From Methanobacteriota archaeon (GTDB lineage: Archaea; Thermoplasmatota; Thermoplasmata; UBA10834), in assembly GCA_020347565.1 (NCBI GenBank), contig CP070732.1, positions 243,582-307,581 of the forward strand: a stretch of 64,000 bases of DNA, in the 5' to 3' direction. The notes below the pieces were generated by a model. The model made no database searches. It had not been told where the DNA came from and worked only from the letters and a program-made list of their open reading frames with translations. Shown here one piece after another: positions 36,983 to 46,574 of the stretch. Position 1 is the first letter of the stretch. The number at the start of each line of letters is the position of its first letter. A program made the position numbers and the translations under genes.

Positions 36983-38311
36983 TCAGGGGACCAGCCTCAC
37001 TCTGTCGCGCGGGTAGAGAACCGTCTCGCGTATGTTCGGGAGGTCGAGTATCTTCTGCACATATCTCTCGATGCCGAAACCGAACCCGCCGTGCGGTGGC
37101 ATCCCGTACCTGAACGCCTTGAGGTAGAAATCGAACGCCTCGAGGTCAAGGCCGTTCTCCCTCATCTGTTCGACGAGGACGTCGTATCTGTGCTCCCTCT
37201 GACCGCCCGACACGATCTCCTGGCCCTTGTAGTCGAGGTCGAAGTAGCCCGTCCGCTCAGGGTCTTCGTCGTACCGTTTCGCATAGAATGTGCCCCTCTT
37301 CAACGACGTCGGGAACTCGGTGATGAAGTACAGCAGCGCTCCATGCTTCTCCATGACGATGTCCCCCAGCCGCTTCTCCCCCTCCGTGCCGAGGTCGTCT
37401 CCGTGCGCTATCTTCATGCCGTCGGAGGCGAGCAGGTCGATGGCGTCGTCGTATCGTATCCTCGGGTACGGCGGCTCGGGCACGCTGAGATCGACACCGA
37501 GCAGGTCGAGATCTGCTTTCGCCGCGGTCAACAGGTGTCTCAGGCTGCTGTCCACGATGCCTTCCGCGACGGCCATGACGTCCTCGGATGACTCTATGAA
37601 CGCCAGCTCGACGTCGAGGGATGTGAACTCGGCGATGTGCCTGACCGTGTCGGAGGCCTCCGCCCTGTAGGCCGGGGCTATCTCGTAGACCCTGTCGAGG
37701 CCCGACGCCATCAGGTTCTGCTTGTACAGCTGTGGGCTCTGGGCGAGGTACGCGCTCTTGTCGAAGTACTTGATGGGGAAGAGCGTCGCTCCTCCCTCGG
37801 CACCGGCGGCGACTATCTTCGGCGTCGACACCTCGATGAAGCTCTCGGACAACAGGTAGTCCCTGACTCCCTGCAGCGCGGCAGCCCTGATTCGGAACAC
37901 CGCCCTGATATCGGCCTTTCTGAGGTCCATGAACCTGTTGTTCAGGCGCGTGTCGAGGTCCGCGCCGACCTTGTCCACGACGCCCAGAGGCTGGGGGCTC
38001 TCTGCCGCGCTGAGCACACGCACATCCTCCGGCAGTACCTCGAAGCCCGCCCTCGCCTCCTTGCTCTCCTTGACCGTACCCCTGACCAGAAGCACCGACT
38101 CCCTCTGCAGCGAGTTGATCTCTGCGAACAGCTCGGGGTTCCTCTTCTTGACCGCCGTCACCTGGACGACGCCGTCTCGGTCCCTCAGCTGCACGAACGA
38201 TATGCCCCCGAGGTTGCGGATGTCCTGCACCCAACCGCCGACAGAGACGGTCCTGCCGTAGTGTTCGGCCGTTATCTCGGCGGAGTAGAGTATGTGCTGC
38301 CATACGGGCAA
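36983..38311 (-). CDS. aspS: aspartate--tRNA ligase (archaeal type, possibly non-discriminating)
   Basis: Class II motifs (FRIRAAA..., GGFGFGIERYVQ, C-terminal RDRVRLVP); anticodon-binding N-terminus ISFVQLRDRDG. Start reassigned to TTG 38311 (MPVWQHILYSAEIT) by homology to archaeal AspRS N-termini. The track ORF start at 38455 overlaps acdA by 56 nt. TATA ggtatatact is ~40 nt upstream. Confidence 0.85.
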   Translation of the reverse strand: MPVWQHILYSAEITAEHYGRTVSVGGWVQDIRNLGGISFVQLRDRDGVVQVTAVKKRNPELFAEINSLQRESVLLVRGTVKESKEARAGFEVLPEDVRVLSAAESPQPLGVVDKVGADLDTRLNNRFMDLRKADIRAVFRIRAAALQGVRDYLLSESFIEVSTPKIVAAGAEGGATLFPIKYFDKSAYLAQSPQLYKQNLMASGLDRVYEIAPAYRAEASDTVRHIAEFTSLDVELAFIESSEDVMAVAEGIVDSSLRHLLTAAKADLDLLGVDLSVPEPPYPRIRYDDAIDLLASDGMKIAHGDDLGTEGEKRLGDIVMEKHGALLYFITEFPTSLKRGTFYAKRYDEDPERTGYFDLDYKGQEIVSGGQREHRYDVLVEQMRENGLDLEAFDFYLKAFRYGMPPHGGFGFGIERYVQKILDLPNIRETVLYPRDRVRLVP

Positions 38312-38399
38312 GGGAACATCACCTTCTCTCGCGTAACCAGGTCGTAGGTATATACTCTTTCTCCGCGACGGCCCGTGTCGGGTATGCGGCGTCGCGTCC

Positions 38400-39809
38400 T
38401 CACTTCGTCTTGGGCTTCCCTCTGCGGCCGAGCGTCGCCTGCCTGTGCCCCTCATCGAAGAGGCACCTGACCGCCCTCGCCGCCCTCATGGCGGAAGGAT
38501 ACACGGGTATGTTCTTCACCCTCAGCTCCTGAACGACCTCGTCGACCTCGGGGCCGCCCACCCAGCACGCGACGATCGGTTTCTTGAGGTTCCTCTTCTC
38601 CTCCACCAGCTTGATGACGGCGCCGACGTACTCCCTGGGCCTCGCGATCCCCGCGTGGACGCAGGTCATGATCAGCGAATCTATGTTCGGGTCGCTCAGC
38701 ATTATGCTGCCGGTGACGTAGTACCTGTGAAACCTCGCGTCGCCCGTGACGTCGAGCGGGTTCCTTGCGCTGGTTATCGGCGGAAGGTGAGGTGTCAGCG
38801 CGTCCCTGGTCTTCTTGGTCAGCTCAGGAACCTTAAGGCCCAGCGACTCGCACCAGTCGGTCATCATTATGCCCGCGCCGCCGCCGTTCGAGATTATGCC
38901 CACGCGATTGCCGCGGGTGCATGGCTGGTACGCCAACGCCCTCGCGAAATCGAACAGCTCCCCGACATCGTACGCTCGCTGGATGTGCACCTGCCTGAAC
39001 GCGGAGTCGTATACGGCGTCCGAGCCGCTGAGCGAGCCGGTGTGGGTCGACGCGGCAGCGGAGCCAGCGGGCGTGCGTCCCGCCTTTATGGCGATGATCG
39101 GCTTACGGCACCTCCTCGCGGCGTCGAGGAACTTCTTCCCGTCCTTGATGCCTTCGATGTACATCGCGATGACCTTGGTCGCTTCGTCCTGGTCGAGGTA
39201 ATCTATCAGGTCCGCATCGTCGACGTCCGCCTTGTTGCCGACCGATATCACCCTCGACAGGCCAATGTGCTCGCCGTTGGCGTAGTATATCATGCCCACG
39301 CACAGCGCGCCGCTCTGGCTAACGAGGGCGACCTCGCCTGGCTTGGGCATTCCGAAGACGAACGCGGCGTCGAGGTTGTCCACGGGGTCCTTGTACCCAA
39401 GGGTGTTGGGCCCTATGACCCTGATGCCTCCGCGCTTGGCGATGTCGAGCACCTCCTTCTCGAGCTGCCTCCCCCGCTCGCCCGTCTCGCCGAAGCCCGA
39501 CGATATGATGATCGCTCCCTTCACCTTCTTCCTCGCGCACTCGGTCATCACCTTCGGCACGAACTCCGCGGGCACGACGATCACCGCGAGATCTATCTCT
39601 TCCTTCGTCGCCAGGACGCTGGGGAGCGACCTGAGCCCAAGGATCGTCGGAGTCTCTGGGTTGATCGGTATGACCTTGCCTTTGTAGCCGTTGACGAGAA
39701 TGTTCTGGAGTATCTCGAAGCCCAGCTTCGTCGGGCTCCTCGATGCCCCTATGACCGCTATCGATTTCGGAGAGAATATCGGCCTGAGCTCCTCGACCGT
39801 TCCCATCAC
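38400..39809 (-). CDS. acdA: acetyl-CoA synthetase (ADP-forming) alpha subunit (CoA-binding + succinyl-CoA-synthetase-like)
   Basis: IAVIGASRSPTKLG CoA-binding Rossmann, His-alpha motif GRTPAGSAAASTHTGSL; 469 aa. Confidence 0.85.
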   Translation of the reverse strand: MMGTVEELRPIFSPKSIAVIGASRSPTKLGFEILQNILVNGYKGKVIPINPETPTILGLRSLPSVLATKEEIDLAVIVVPAEFVPKVMTECARKKVKGAIIISSGFGETGERGRQLEKEVLDIAKRGGIRVIGPNTLGYKDPVDNLDAAFVFGMPKPGEVALVSQSGALCVGMIYYANGEHIGLSRVISVGNKADVDDADLIDYLDQDEATKVIAMYIEGIKDGKKFLDAARRCRKPIIAIKAGRTPAGSAAASTHTGSLSGSDAVYDSAFRQVHIQRAYDVGELFDFARALAYQPCTRGNRVGIISNGGGAGIMMTDWCESLGLKVPELTKKTRDALTPHLPPITSARNPLDVTGDARFHRYYVTGSIMLSDPNIDSLIMTCVHAGIARPREYVGAVIKLVEEKRNLKKPIVACWVGGPEVDEVVQELRVKNIPVYPSAMRAARAVRCLFDEGHRQATLGRRGKPKTK

Positions 39810-39900
39810 TTCTCACTCGCGTCTCGCACAGCGACATCTCTGCGCATAAGCCTTTCCGTCCCTTGAGGCCAGGGCGAGACGTGTCCGGCTCGCCAGAGGC

Positions 39901-41847
39901 TCATGCCTGAGGGAGAACGACACTGAACTCCGCCCCCTGCGAGTGGTCTCCCGGCACACGATCGCCCACGATGAGCCTTCCACCGTACCTGTCCGTCAGC
40001 GTCTTGGCGATTGACAGGCCCAGGCCCGTCCCGGTGAACCTCTTGGACGAGTCGAGGCGCATGTATCTGTCGAACAGGTCCTCCCTCTTGTCCGGCGGAA
40101 TGCCAGGCCCGTGGTCGGATATGCTCACCTTCCACGCGGGCTTGCCGGAGATGTCCGCCTCCTCGATGCGCGCGCTCACCTCGCCTCCCCCACCGTATCT
40201 GACGGCGTTCGAGAGGAGGTTGACGAAGATCTCCTTCGAGAACGCGCCGACCTTGACGTTCCGGGTGCCTTCGCCGAAGTCCCTGGCGACGGCCGCCGCC
40301 TCTCCCTGGCACGAGCTGCACACGTCCCCTATCGCCTCGTCGACTATCGAGCACAGGTCCTTCGTCTCCCGCGCCTCGTCCCGGCTGGTGTAGACCTTCG
40401 AGAACCACCGCACCTTCTCGATGAGCTCGCCGCTCCTGCAGATCTGGACGTGCGCCGTCTTCAAGTTGGCGTCTCCGCTCGACCCCTGGTCGCCGCTCTC
40501 CAACGCCACCTCCATATATCCCCGCGCTGAGCCGATGTAGTTGCCGAGGTCGTGGATGAGGAGGTCGTTGTACAGCTGGAGCAGCGTCCTGACCTTCTCG
40601 GTCTTCATCCTCGCCTCCTCGAGATCGGTGATGTCGTACGCTATCTCCAGGCGGACGTACCGTCCATCGGGCCATTCGATCGCCCTGTCGACGCAGCTGT
40701 AGGTCCTCCCGGTCCTGGTGTTCTCGAACTTCCAACTGTACGGAGGCGCCGGCGTTCCGTTCTCCTTCATCAGCCTGTCGTTCGTGCAGAACGGGCACGG
40801 CGACGTCTGCCCCCGCTGCAGCACCTCGTAACACTTCCTTCCGACGAGGTTCGGGCCGAACAGCTCCTCTAGCTTCCGGTTGACCGCGAGGAGCTCATAC
40901 GTCTCCATGTCTGCGACGTAGACGGCCGATTCCAGAGCACTGAGGATCGTGAATAGCTCGGACCGTCCCTCTTCCAGGCTATCGACCATGTTCATGGCGC
41001 CCTGGTACAGACGGGCCTTGTCGCACGAGACTCCGATGTGGTCTGCCATCGACCGAATCATACGAACGCCCGGGTCCTCCAGTGTGGAACGGTCCCGCGA
41101 TGCGACGGCGACCGCGCCTATGACCTCCTTCCTCGCGATTATGGGCACGCTCGCGACGGACTCGGCGTCCGGGGCGAACGGGTCCACCGGCCCGGTTACC
41201 ACGGTCTCCCCTTCCCGCGCCGCCATGGTGCAGGCATTCTCGAGCGCTTCCCTGACGGCGCCCTGCTCCTCACTGAAGAAGAAATCCTCGTCGCCGCATT
41301 TCAGGTACACCGCCGACTTGAGGCTGAACCGGTCGCGTATGCTGGCGACCGATCTCCGTGCCACTGTCCTTTCGTCGATCGGCTGGTGAGCTATGGCGAG
41401 GTCGGAGACGGCCTCGGCGACGGAGGACTGCCGACGCAGATCCTCGGACACCCTGGCATGTCTCAAGCATATGTGAGTGAACATCTCTGCGAGTCCGTCC
41501 GCAATCTCATACCAATGCGGAGCATCCTCGTCCTCGCATCTTGTCTTCAAGACATCGAATGCCGTGCGCATCCCAAGCGATATGACTGCAAGCGTGTCGG
41601 AGAGTTCGAAGCCCTCCTTCGCACGCCTCCCGGAAATGTCAGTTACGATTCGGTCCAGACGTCGCGAGTCGCCCGACTCCAGCCGATGGATCATCGCGTC
41701 GAGGAGCCCCATCAAATCGGAGCGCATCTCGTCCGGCGGCTCGTCCGAGTATCGCGTGGACGATGCCCTGGTGCGCTCTGCCCATTCGTCGGCGATGTCC
41801 TCCCTGCTCTCTGCAAGGAGCTCCGCTAGTGAAACCACTTCTTGCAT
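39901..41847 (-). CDS. sensor histidine kinase with N-terminal sensory (GAF/PAS-like) domains
   Basis: H-box HDLGNYIGSARGYMEVAL; HATPase_c N/G boxes (LLSNAVRYG, DHGPGI, GTGLGLSI). No membrane helices obvious. No response regulator adjacent. Confidence 0.8.
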   Translation of the reverse strand: MQEVVSLAELLAESREDIADEWAERTRASSTRYSDEPPDEMRSDLMGLLDAMIHRLESGDSRRLDRIVTDISGRRAKEGFELSDTLAVISLGMRTAFDVLKTRCEDEDAPHWYEIADGLAEMFTHICLRHARVSEDLRRQSSVAEAVSDLAIAHQPIDERTVARRSVASIRDRFSLKSAVYLKCGDEDFFFSEEQGAVREALENACTMAAREGETVVTGPVDPFAPDAESVASVPIIARKEVIGAVAVASRDRSTLEDPGVRMIRSMADHIGVSCDKARLYQGAMNMVDSLEEGRSELFTILSALESAVYVADMETYELLAVNRKLEELFGPNLVGRKCYEVLQRGQTSPCPFCTNDRLMKENGTPAPPYSWKFENTRTGRTYSCVDRAIEWPDGRYVRLEIAYDITDLEEARMKTEKVRTLLQLYNDLLIHDLGNYIGSARGYMEVALESGDQGSSGDANLKTAHVQICRSGELIEKVRWFSKVYTSRDEARETKDLCSIVDEAIGDVCSSCQGEAAAVARDFGEGTRNVKVGAFSKEIFVNLLSNAVRYGGGGEVSARIEEADISGKPAWKVSISDHGPGIPPDKREDLFDRYMRLDSSKRFTGTGLGLSIAKTLTDRYGGRLIVGDRVPGDHSQGAEFSVVLPQA

Positions 41848-41982
41848 CGTTTCACAGTCTCACTCAAGTCGGTCTCCTCTTGCGAGCCACCCCAAAGGCA
41901 ATCTCGACTCTGGCATCTTATCTGCTTGACTTGTACATAATACATGCGACACCGGCGCCCGGGCGCTTGGCGAGCAGAGCGG

Positions 41983-41994
41983 TTAATATATATT
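41983..41994 (+). promoter_or_regulatory. TATA box for the fbp-tpiA operon
   Basis: ttaatatatatt, ~45 nt upstream of ATG 42038, with GGAGG SD. Confidence 0.45.
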
Positions 41995-42037
41995 CTATGC
42001 TCCTCATTCGCCCCAATCATAGGTCGGAGGAAGAGGA

Positions 42038-43174
42038 ATGCCGGAGAAGGTAACAGTATCTCTCATCAAGGCGGATGTCGGCTCAGTCGCGGGACATTCG
42101 AAGCCGCATCCGAAGATGATGGAGACGGCGCGCGCAACGGCAGCCAAGGGCGTCTCGGACGGGTTGATATTGGACTTCTATGTCAGTCGCTGCGGGGACG
42201 ACATGGAGCTGCTTATGACCCACAGGAACGGCGAGAACCACAAGGACGTCCACGAGCTCGCGTGGAACGCGTTCATGAACGCTGCATCGGAGGCGAAGAA
42301 GATGAGGCTCTACGCGGCTGGACAGGACCTTCTCTCGGACGCGTTCTCGGGCAACGTGAGAGGGCAGGGCCCGGGCGCCGCTGAGATGGAGTTCGAGGAG
42401 CGCAAGACGGAGCCGATGCTCGTGTTCATGGCGGACAAGTGCGGCCCATCGGCGTACTCTCTCCCGATATCCAAGATCTACATGGACCCTTTCACGACGA
42501 CCGGCCTGGTCATCGACCCGCGCGCCCATCAGGGGTACGACATCGAGGTGGTGGACGTTGTTGATCACAAGAAGGTCGTCATGAGTTCCCCTGCGGAGAT
42601 GTACGACATACTGGCGCTCATAGGCGACACGACGAGATACGCCGTCAAGCGGGTGACGCACAGAGATATCGGCATCGCGGCGGTGGTCTCGACGGAGAAG
42701 CTGAACATGCTTGCAGGCAAGTACGTCGGCAAGGACGACCCCGTCATGCTGGTCAGGTGCCAGTCGGGACTGCCCGCAGTCGGTGAGGTCCTGCAGCCGT
42801 TCGCGTTCCCGCAGCTCGTCGCGGGCTGGATGAGGGGCTCGCACTACGGTGCATGGTACCCGTGCGGCGTGGACGATTCGGACCCTTCATACCATGACGG
42901 ACCGCCGCGCGTATGCGCCCTCGGCCTGCAGATTAGCAACGGGATGATCCAGGGCCTGGAGGCGCCGGGCGGGCCGGTTGGCGCGCACCAGCCGGTTGAC
43001 TATTTCTCGGGGTCCGAGTGGGATTATGTGCGCAACAAAGCGATGGACATATCCGTCTACATGAGGGGGCACGGGCCGTTCATGCCAGGTATCGTCTCGC
43101 CGGACGACCTGGAGTACACGACGAGGCCGGAGATATTGAAGAAGCTCGAGCCCAGGATGAGCCCGCTCGACTGA
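42038..43174 (+). CDS. fbp: fructose-1,6-bisphosphate aldolase/phosphatase (class V FBPase, archaeal bifunctional)
   Basis: N-terminal MPEKVTVSLIKADVGSVAGH... is characteristic of FBPase V; 378 aa; GGAGG SD 8 nt upstream; TATA ttaatatatatt at 41983-94. Confidence 0.9.
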   Translation: MPEKVTVSLIKADVGSVAGHSKPHPKMMETARATAAKGVSDGLILDFYVSRCGDDMELLMTHRNGENHKDVHELAWNAFMNAASEAKKMRLYAAGQDLLSDAFSGNVRGQGPGAAEMEFEERKTEPMLVFMADKCGPSAYSLPISKIYMDPFTTTGLVIDPRAHQGYDIEVVDVVDHKKVVMSSPAEMYDILALIGDTTRYAVKRVTHRDIGIAAVVSTEKLNMLAGKYVGKDDPVMLVRCQSGLPAVGEVLQPFAFPQLVAGWMRGSHYGAWYPCGVDDSDPSYHDGPPRVCALGLQISNGMIQGLEAPGGPVGAHQPVDYFSGSEWDYVRNKAMDISVYMRGHGPFMPGIVSPDDLEYTTRPEILKKLEPRMSPLD

Positions 43175-43184
43175 GGTGTCCTGA

Positions 43185-43865
43185 TTGGAGTCGAACGACG
43201 CCGTCATCGCCGTGAACTTCAAGACCTACGCCGAGGCGGTGGGCCCGCGTTCGGTCGCCCTTGCGAAGACATGCGAGGCCGTCGCGAAGGAGACGGGCTT
43301 CACGATCATCGCGGCGCCGCCGTTGCCGGACCTGGCTTCAGTCGCGGCTTCCGTGTCGATACCCGTCTACTCGCAGCACGTCGACGACGTCCGGCAGGGC
43401 AGCACGACAGGACACGTGACGCCGGAGAACGTGGCGGCCAGTGGAGCGTCGGGCACGCTGATCAACCACTCCGAGAGGAGGATGACGATAGCCCACATAG
43501 AGTCGCTCGTGGGAAGGTGCAGGGCGCTCGGGCTGTCGACGATAGTGTGCACCAACAATATCGGGGTCACCAGGGCCTGCGCGGCGTTCCAACCCGACTT
43601 CGTGGCGATCGAGCCGCCCGAGCTCATAGGCGGCGACGTGTCCGTCACAACAGCGAACCCCGGCATTGTCAGCGACTCCGTGGGGGCGGCGAAGGCCGTC
43701 TCGCCGGGCGTGCGCGTCCTTTGCGGGGCTGGCGTTAAGAACGGCGCGGATGTGGAAAAGGCGGTCGAACTCGGAACAGACGGTGTCCTGCTCGCGAGCG
43801 GCGTCGTCAAAGCAACGGACCCGGCGAAGGTGCTTGCAGACCTCGTATCCGGGCTCAGGCGCTGA
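43185..43865 (+). CDS. tpiA: triosephosphate isomerase (archaeal short type)
   Basis: VIAVNFKTY, INHSERR catalytic region; ~225 aa archaeal TIM; 10 nt after fbp (operon). Confidence 0.85.
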   Translation: MESNDAVIAVNFKTYAEAVGPRSVALAKTCEAVAKETGFTIIAAPPLPDLASVAASVSIPVYSQHVDDVRQGSTTGHVTPENVAASGASGTLINHSERRMTIAHIESLVGRCRALGLSTIVCTNNIGVTRACAAFQPDFVAIEPPELIGGDVSVTTANPGIVSDSVGAAKAVSPGVRVLCGAGVKNGADVEKAVELGTDGVLLASGVVKATDPAKVLADLVSGLRR

Positions 43866-43921
43866 GGGCAGACTGCCTGTAGCCGTACAACAGTTGTCCG
43901 ATCGGCCCCTCGCGACGAGTA

Positions 43922-46084
43922 TTGTCACAAGGTCCGCATCTCATCGTCGCGGCGTCGGTGCTGATGTTGTCAACGCTCGGGCAGGCTATGGCGGCTACGA
44001 GCGCCGACGCTGGCGCCCCTCGACCAATCGTCCTCGGCGAGGGGGCGGTGCCGGAGCTGCTTATCTCGGAGTTCTACGCGAACGCCTTGGCGGAGGACGA
44101 GTACGTGAGGATTCGGTCTGCTGCGACGTGGGATGTGCAGATGTGTGGGTGGCGGCTGACCGACGGCGAGGGCACGTTGGAGTTCGTCAGCGCCGCCGTT
44201 ATCGGCGCCGGCGGGGAGGTTTCGGTGTCGTTCAACTCGTCGTCCTACGTCGCCGCATACGATGTCCTCCCTGACTTCGCCGTCGACGCCTCCTGTCAGA
44301 CAGGCGGGCTGGAGGCCAGCGGCTCGTTCAGGTTGGGGGACTCCGGCGACTCCATATCGCTCGTGGACCCGTCGGGCTCTGAAGTCGACTGCGTCCTGTA
44401 CGGTGACGTGGCGGTCGGCTCCTGCGCGTGGAGCGGAGCGCCGTTGCCCGCCCCAAGGGATGGAGAGGTCTTCAGGCGCATCACCGTCGAAGGCAGGGCC
44501 ATCGACACCGACACCGTGTCGGACTGGCAGCCATTCCGTGAGTTCAGGTACGGGTACACGGACCAGATGCCGCGCGCGTTCGACATAGCGCCCGGAGGCC
44601 TCAGCGCGTTCGTCAGCCCTGACTGCTCCCTCGATGTCGTCCTGGAGAGAGTCGGCTCTGCGAGAAAGGAGGTCGTGTTGTGTTCCTATGAATTCCAGTC
44701 GGCCGAGCTGTGCCTGCTTCTGCTCGACGCAATGGCGAGAGGCGTGTCCGTCAGGGTGCTCGTCGAAGGGAGCCCTGTGGGCGGGATGAGCGACGCTGAG
44801 GTGGCAGCCCTGTCCGTCCTTGAATCGGCGGGAGCGGATGTGCGCGTCGTCGCGGGTACTCTCAGGGAAGGCGTCGCAAGGCATTTCGCAGTGCTGCACT
44901 CGAAATACATGGTGGTGGACTCAGAGGAGGCGCTCGTGCTGTCCGAGAACTTCGTGAGCGACGGCATCCCTATCGACAGGGTCTTTGGGAACAGAGGATG
45001 GGGCGTCGCGGTCAACTCACCAGAGCTGGCATGCTATCTCCGCCGCGTCTTCGATTGCGATTCGAGGAGCACGAGGCCAGACATCGTCAGATGGTCTGAC
45101 GACGAGAGATACGATCCGCTGGCGGACGCACCCGCGGGCGAACCGACGGAGCATCCACGGGGTTGTCTGCCGCCCTTCGTGTCGACATCCGCGTCGAGGG
45201 TGGTCTTGTACATGTCACCAGATGCGAACGTCGTCGCGCCCTTCCTGTGCGCCCTCATGGCCTCTGCACGCGACATCTCCGTCGAGCTCCTGCATGCAGA
45301 TCTGGCCTGGGACACCCGCTGGAGCGTGCGCGACGTCATGAGCCCTCTGCTCTCGACGCTCCTGGAGCGCATGCGCGACGGAGCGTCGTGCAGGCTGTTA
45401 CTCGACTCCTCGTGGTACAACGCTGCGAGGAACGAGGAGGTGACTGCGGCGATGACCGCTGCCGCATACGCCGAAAGCCTCACAGGCTCCTTTCGGCTCA
45501 TCAGCGCTGGCTCTCCCATCTCCGTGCTGCATAACAAGGGCGTCATACTCGACGGCGACGTCGCATTGGTGTCCAGCAACAACTGGGTGTACGCGTCCTT
45601 CGCGAGGAACAGAGAGCTGGCAGCGGTCATCGAGTCGAGCGAGGTCTGCGGCTACTTCGCCGCGGCATTCGACATGGACTGGATTCCGGATACGACGCCT
45701 CCGACGATGGAGCTGAGGCCTGAGTTCGTCGCGTCGCCCGGAGAGCGCGTGCTCCTATCGCCCGACACCTGCCAAGACGACAGGACGATCGCCTGCTACC
45801 GCTGGGACATCGGCATCGACGGCGAGGTCGACGGCCGCGGCCCCCAGATGTCGTATCTCGCTCTCGTGCCAGGGAGTGTCCCGGTCTCGCTGACAGTCGT
45901 GGATGCCTGGGGCAACTCCGCCACCGCGATGGCCGTCATCAGGGTCGTTGGGAACGGGGCCCCCGCCGTGGAGGACGACATCGACTGGACGGATGCGGCA
46001 CGGGCAGCGGCTCCGCTGGCCGTCGGCATAGGGTTTCTGCTCATCAGGATGCTGGGCCCACGTGGATCCGGCCGCCAGGCGTGA
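43922..46084 (+). CDS. secreted/membrane-anchored phospholipase-D-superfamily protein (two HKD motifs) with C-terminal PKD domain and TM anchor
   Basis: Signal peptide HLIVAASVLMLSTLGQAMA|A. HKD motif 1: LHSKYMVVDSEEALVLSEN. HKD motif 2: LHNKGVILDGDVALVSSNN. PKD-like WDIGIDGEVDG. C-terminal hydrophobic helix plus RGSGRQA. TTG start. Confidence 0.7.
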   Translation: MSQGPHLIVAASVLMLSTLGQAMAATSADAGAPRPIVLGEGAVPELLISEFYANALAEDEYVRIRSAATWDVQMCGWRLTDGEGTLEFVSAAVIGAGGEVSVSFNSSSYVAAYDVLPDFAVDASCQTGGLEASGSFRLGDSGDSISLVDPSGSEVDCVLYGDVAVGSCAWSGAPLPAPRDGEVFRRITVEGRAIDTDTVSDWQPFREFRYGYTDQMPRAFDIAPGGLSAFVSPDCSLDVVLERVGSARKEVVLCSYEFQSAELCLLLLDAMARGVSVRVLVEGSPVGGMSDAEVAALSVLESAGADVRVVAGTLREGVARHFAVLHSKYMVVDSEEALVLSENFVSDGIPIDRVFGNRGWGVAVNSPELACYLRRVFDCDSRSTRPDIVRWSDDERYDPLADAPAGEPTEHPRGCLPPFVSTSASRVVLYMSPDANVVAPFLCALMASARDISVELLHADLAWDTRWSVRDVMSPLLSTLLERMRDGASCRLLLDSSWYNAARNEEVTAAMTAAAYAESLTGSFRLISAGSPISVLHNKGVILDGDVALVSSNNWVYASFARNRELAAVIESSEVCGYFAAAFDMDWIPDTTPPTMELRPEFVASPGERVLLSPDTCQDDRTIACYRWDIGIDGEVDGRGPQMSYLALVPGSVPVSLTVVDAWGNSATAMAVIRVVGNGAPAVEDDIDWTDAARAAAPLAVGIGFLLIRMLGPRGSGRQA

Positions 46085-46124
46085 GCGCGCAACGTTAAAG
46101 AGCGGAGTCCGGGTTCATCCTCCG

Positions 46125-46565
46125 ATGGCGATCCGAGAGTTCACTCCGGCGGACATGCAACCGGTCATGCGAATAGTGAAGGCTTCGCTCGGGGAGACCT
46201 ACCCCCCATCGCTTTACCTCACAATCCATAACATCTGGCCGTCAGGGTTCCTCGTTCTTGAGGTGGAGGGCAGAATCGAGGCGTTCGTCGCCGCGGTGGA
46301 ATCTGAGAAGAACGTCGTGCGCGTGCTGATGCTCGCCGTCACCCCTGAGCACCGGGGCCGCTCGTTCGGGTCGCTGTTGATGAAGGAGCTTCACGCCAGA
46401 TGCATCGCCGCGGCCGCCCACATGGTCAAGCTGGAGGTGCGGAAGAGCAACAGTTCGGCGCTGTCGTTCTACGAGCGCCTGGGCTACTCCGTGGTGGGCG
46501 AGTTGCAGAACTTCTATCTCAACGGCGAGGGCGCCTACGTGATGAGGAAGACGCTTGGCAGCTGA
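46125..46565 (+). CDS. GNAT N-acetyltransferase (RimI-like)
   Basis: Acetyl-CoA-binding motif A region RVLMLAVTPEHRGRSFGSLLM and motif B FYERLGY; start set at ATG 46125. Confidence 0.65.
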   Translation: MAIREFTPADMQPVMRIVKASLGETYPPSLYLTIHNIWPSGFLVLEVEGRIEAFVAAVESEKNVVRVLMLAVTPEHRGRSFGSLLMKELHARCIAAAAHMVKLEVRKSNSSALSFYERLGYSVVGELQNFYLNGEGAYVMRKTLGS

Positions 46566-46574
46566 TCCCCGCGC

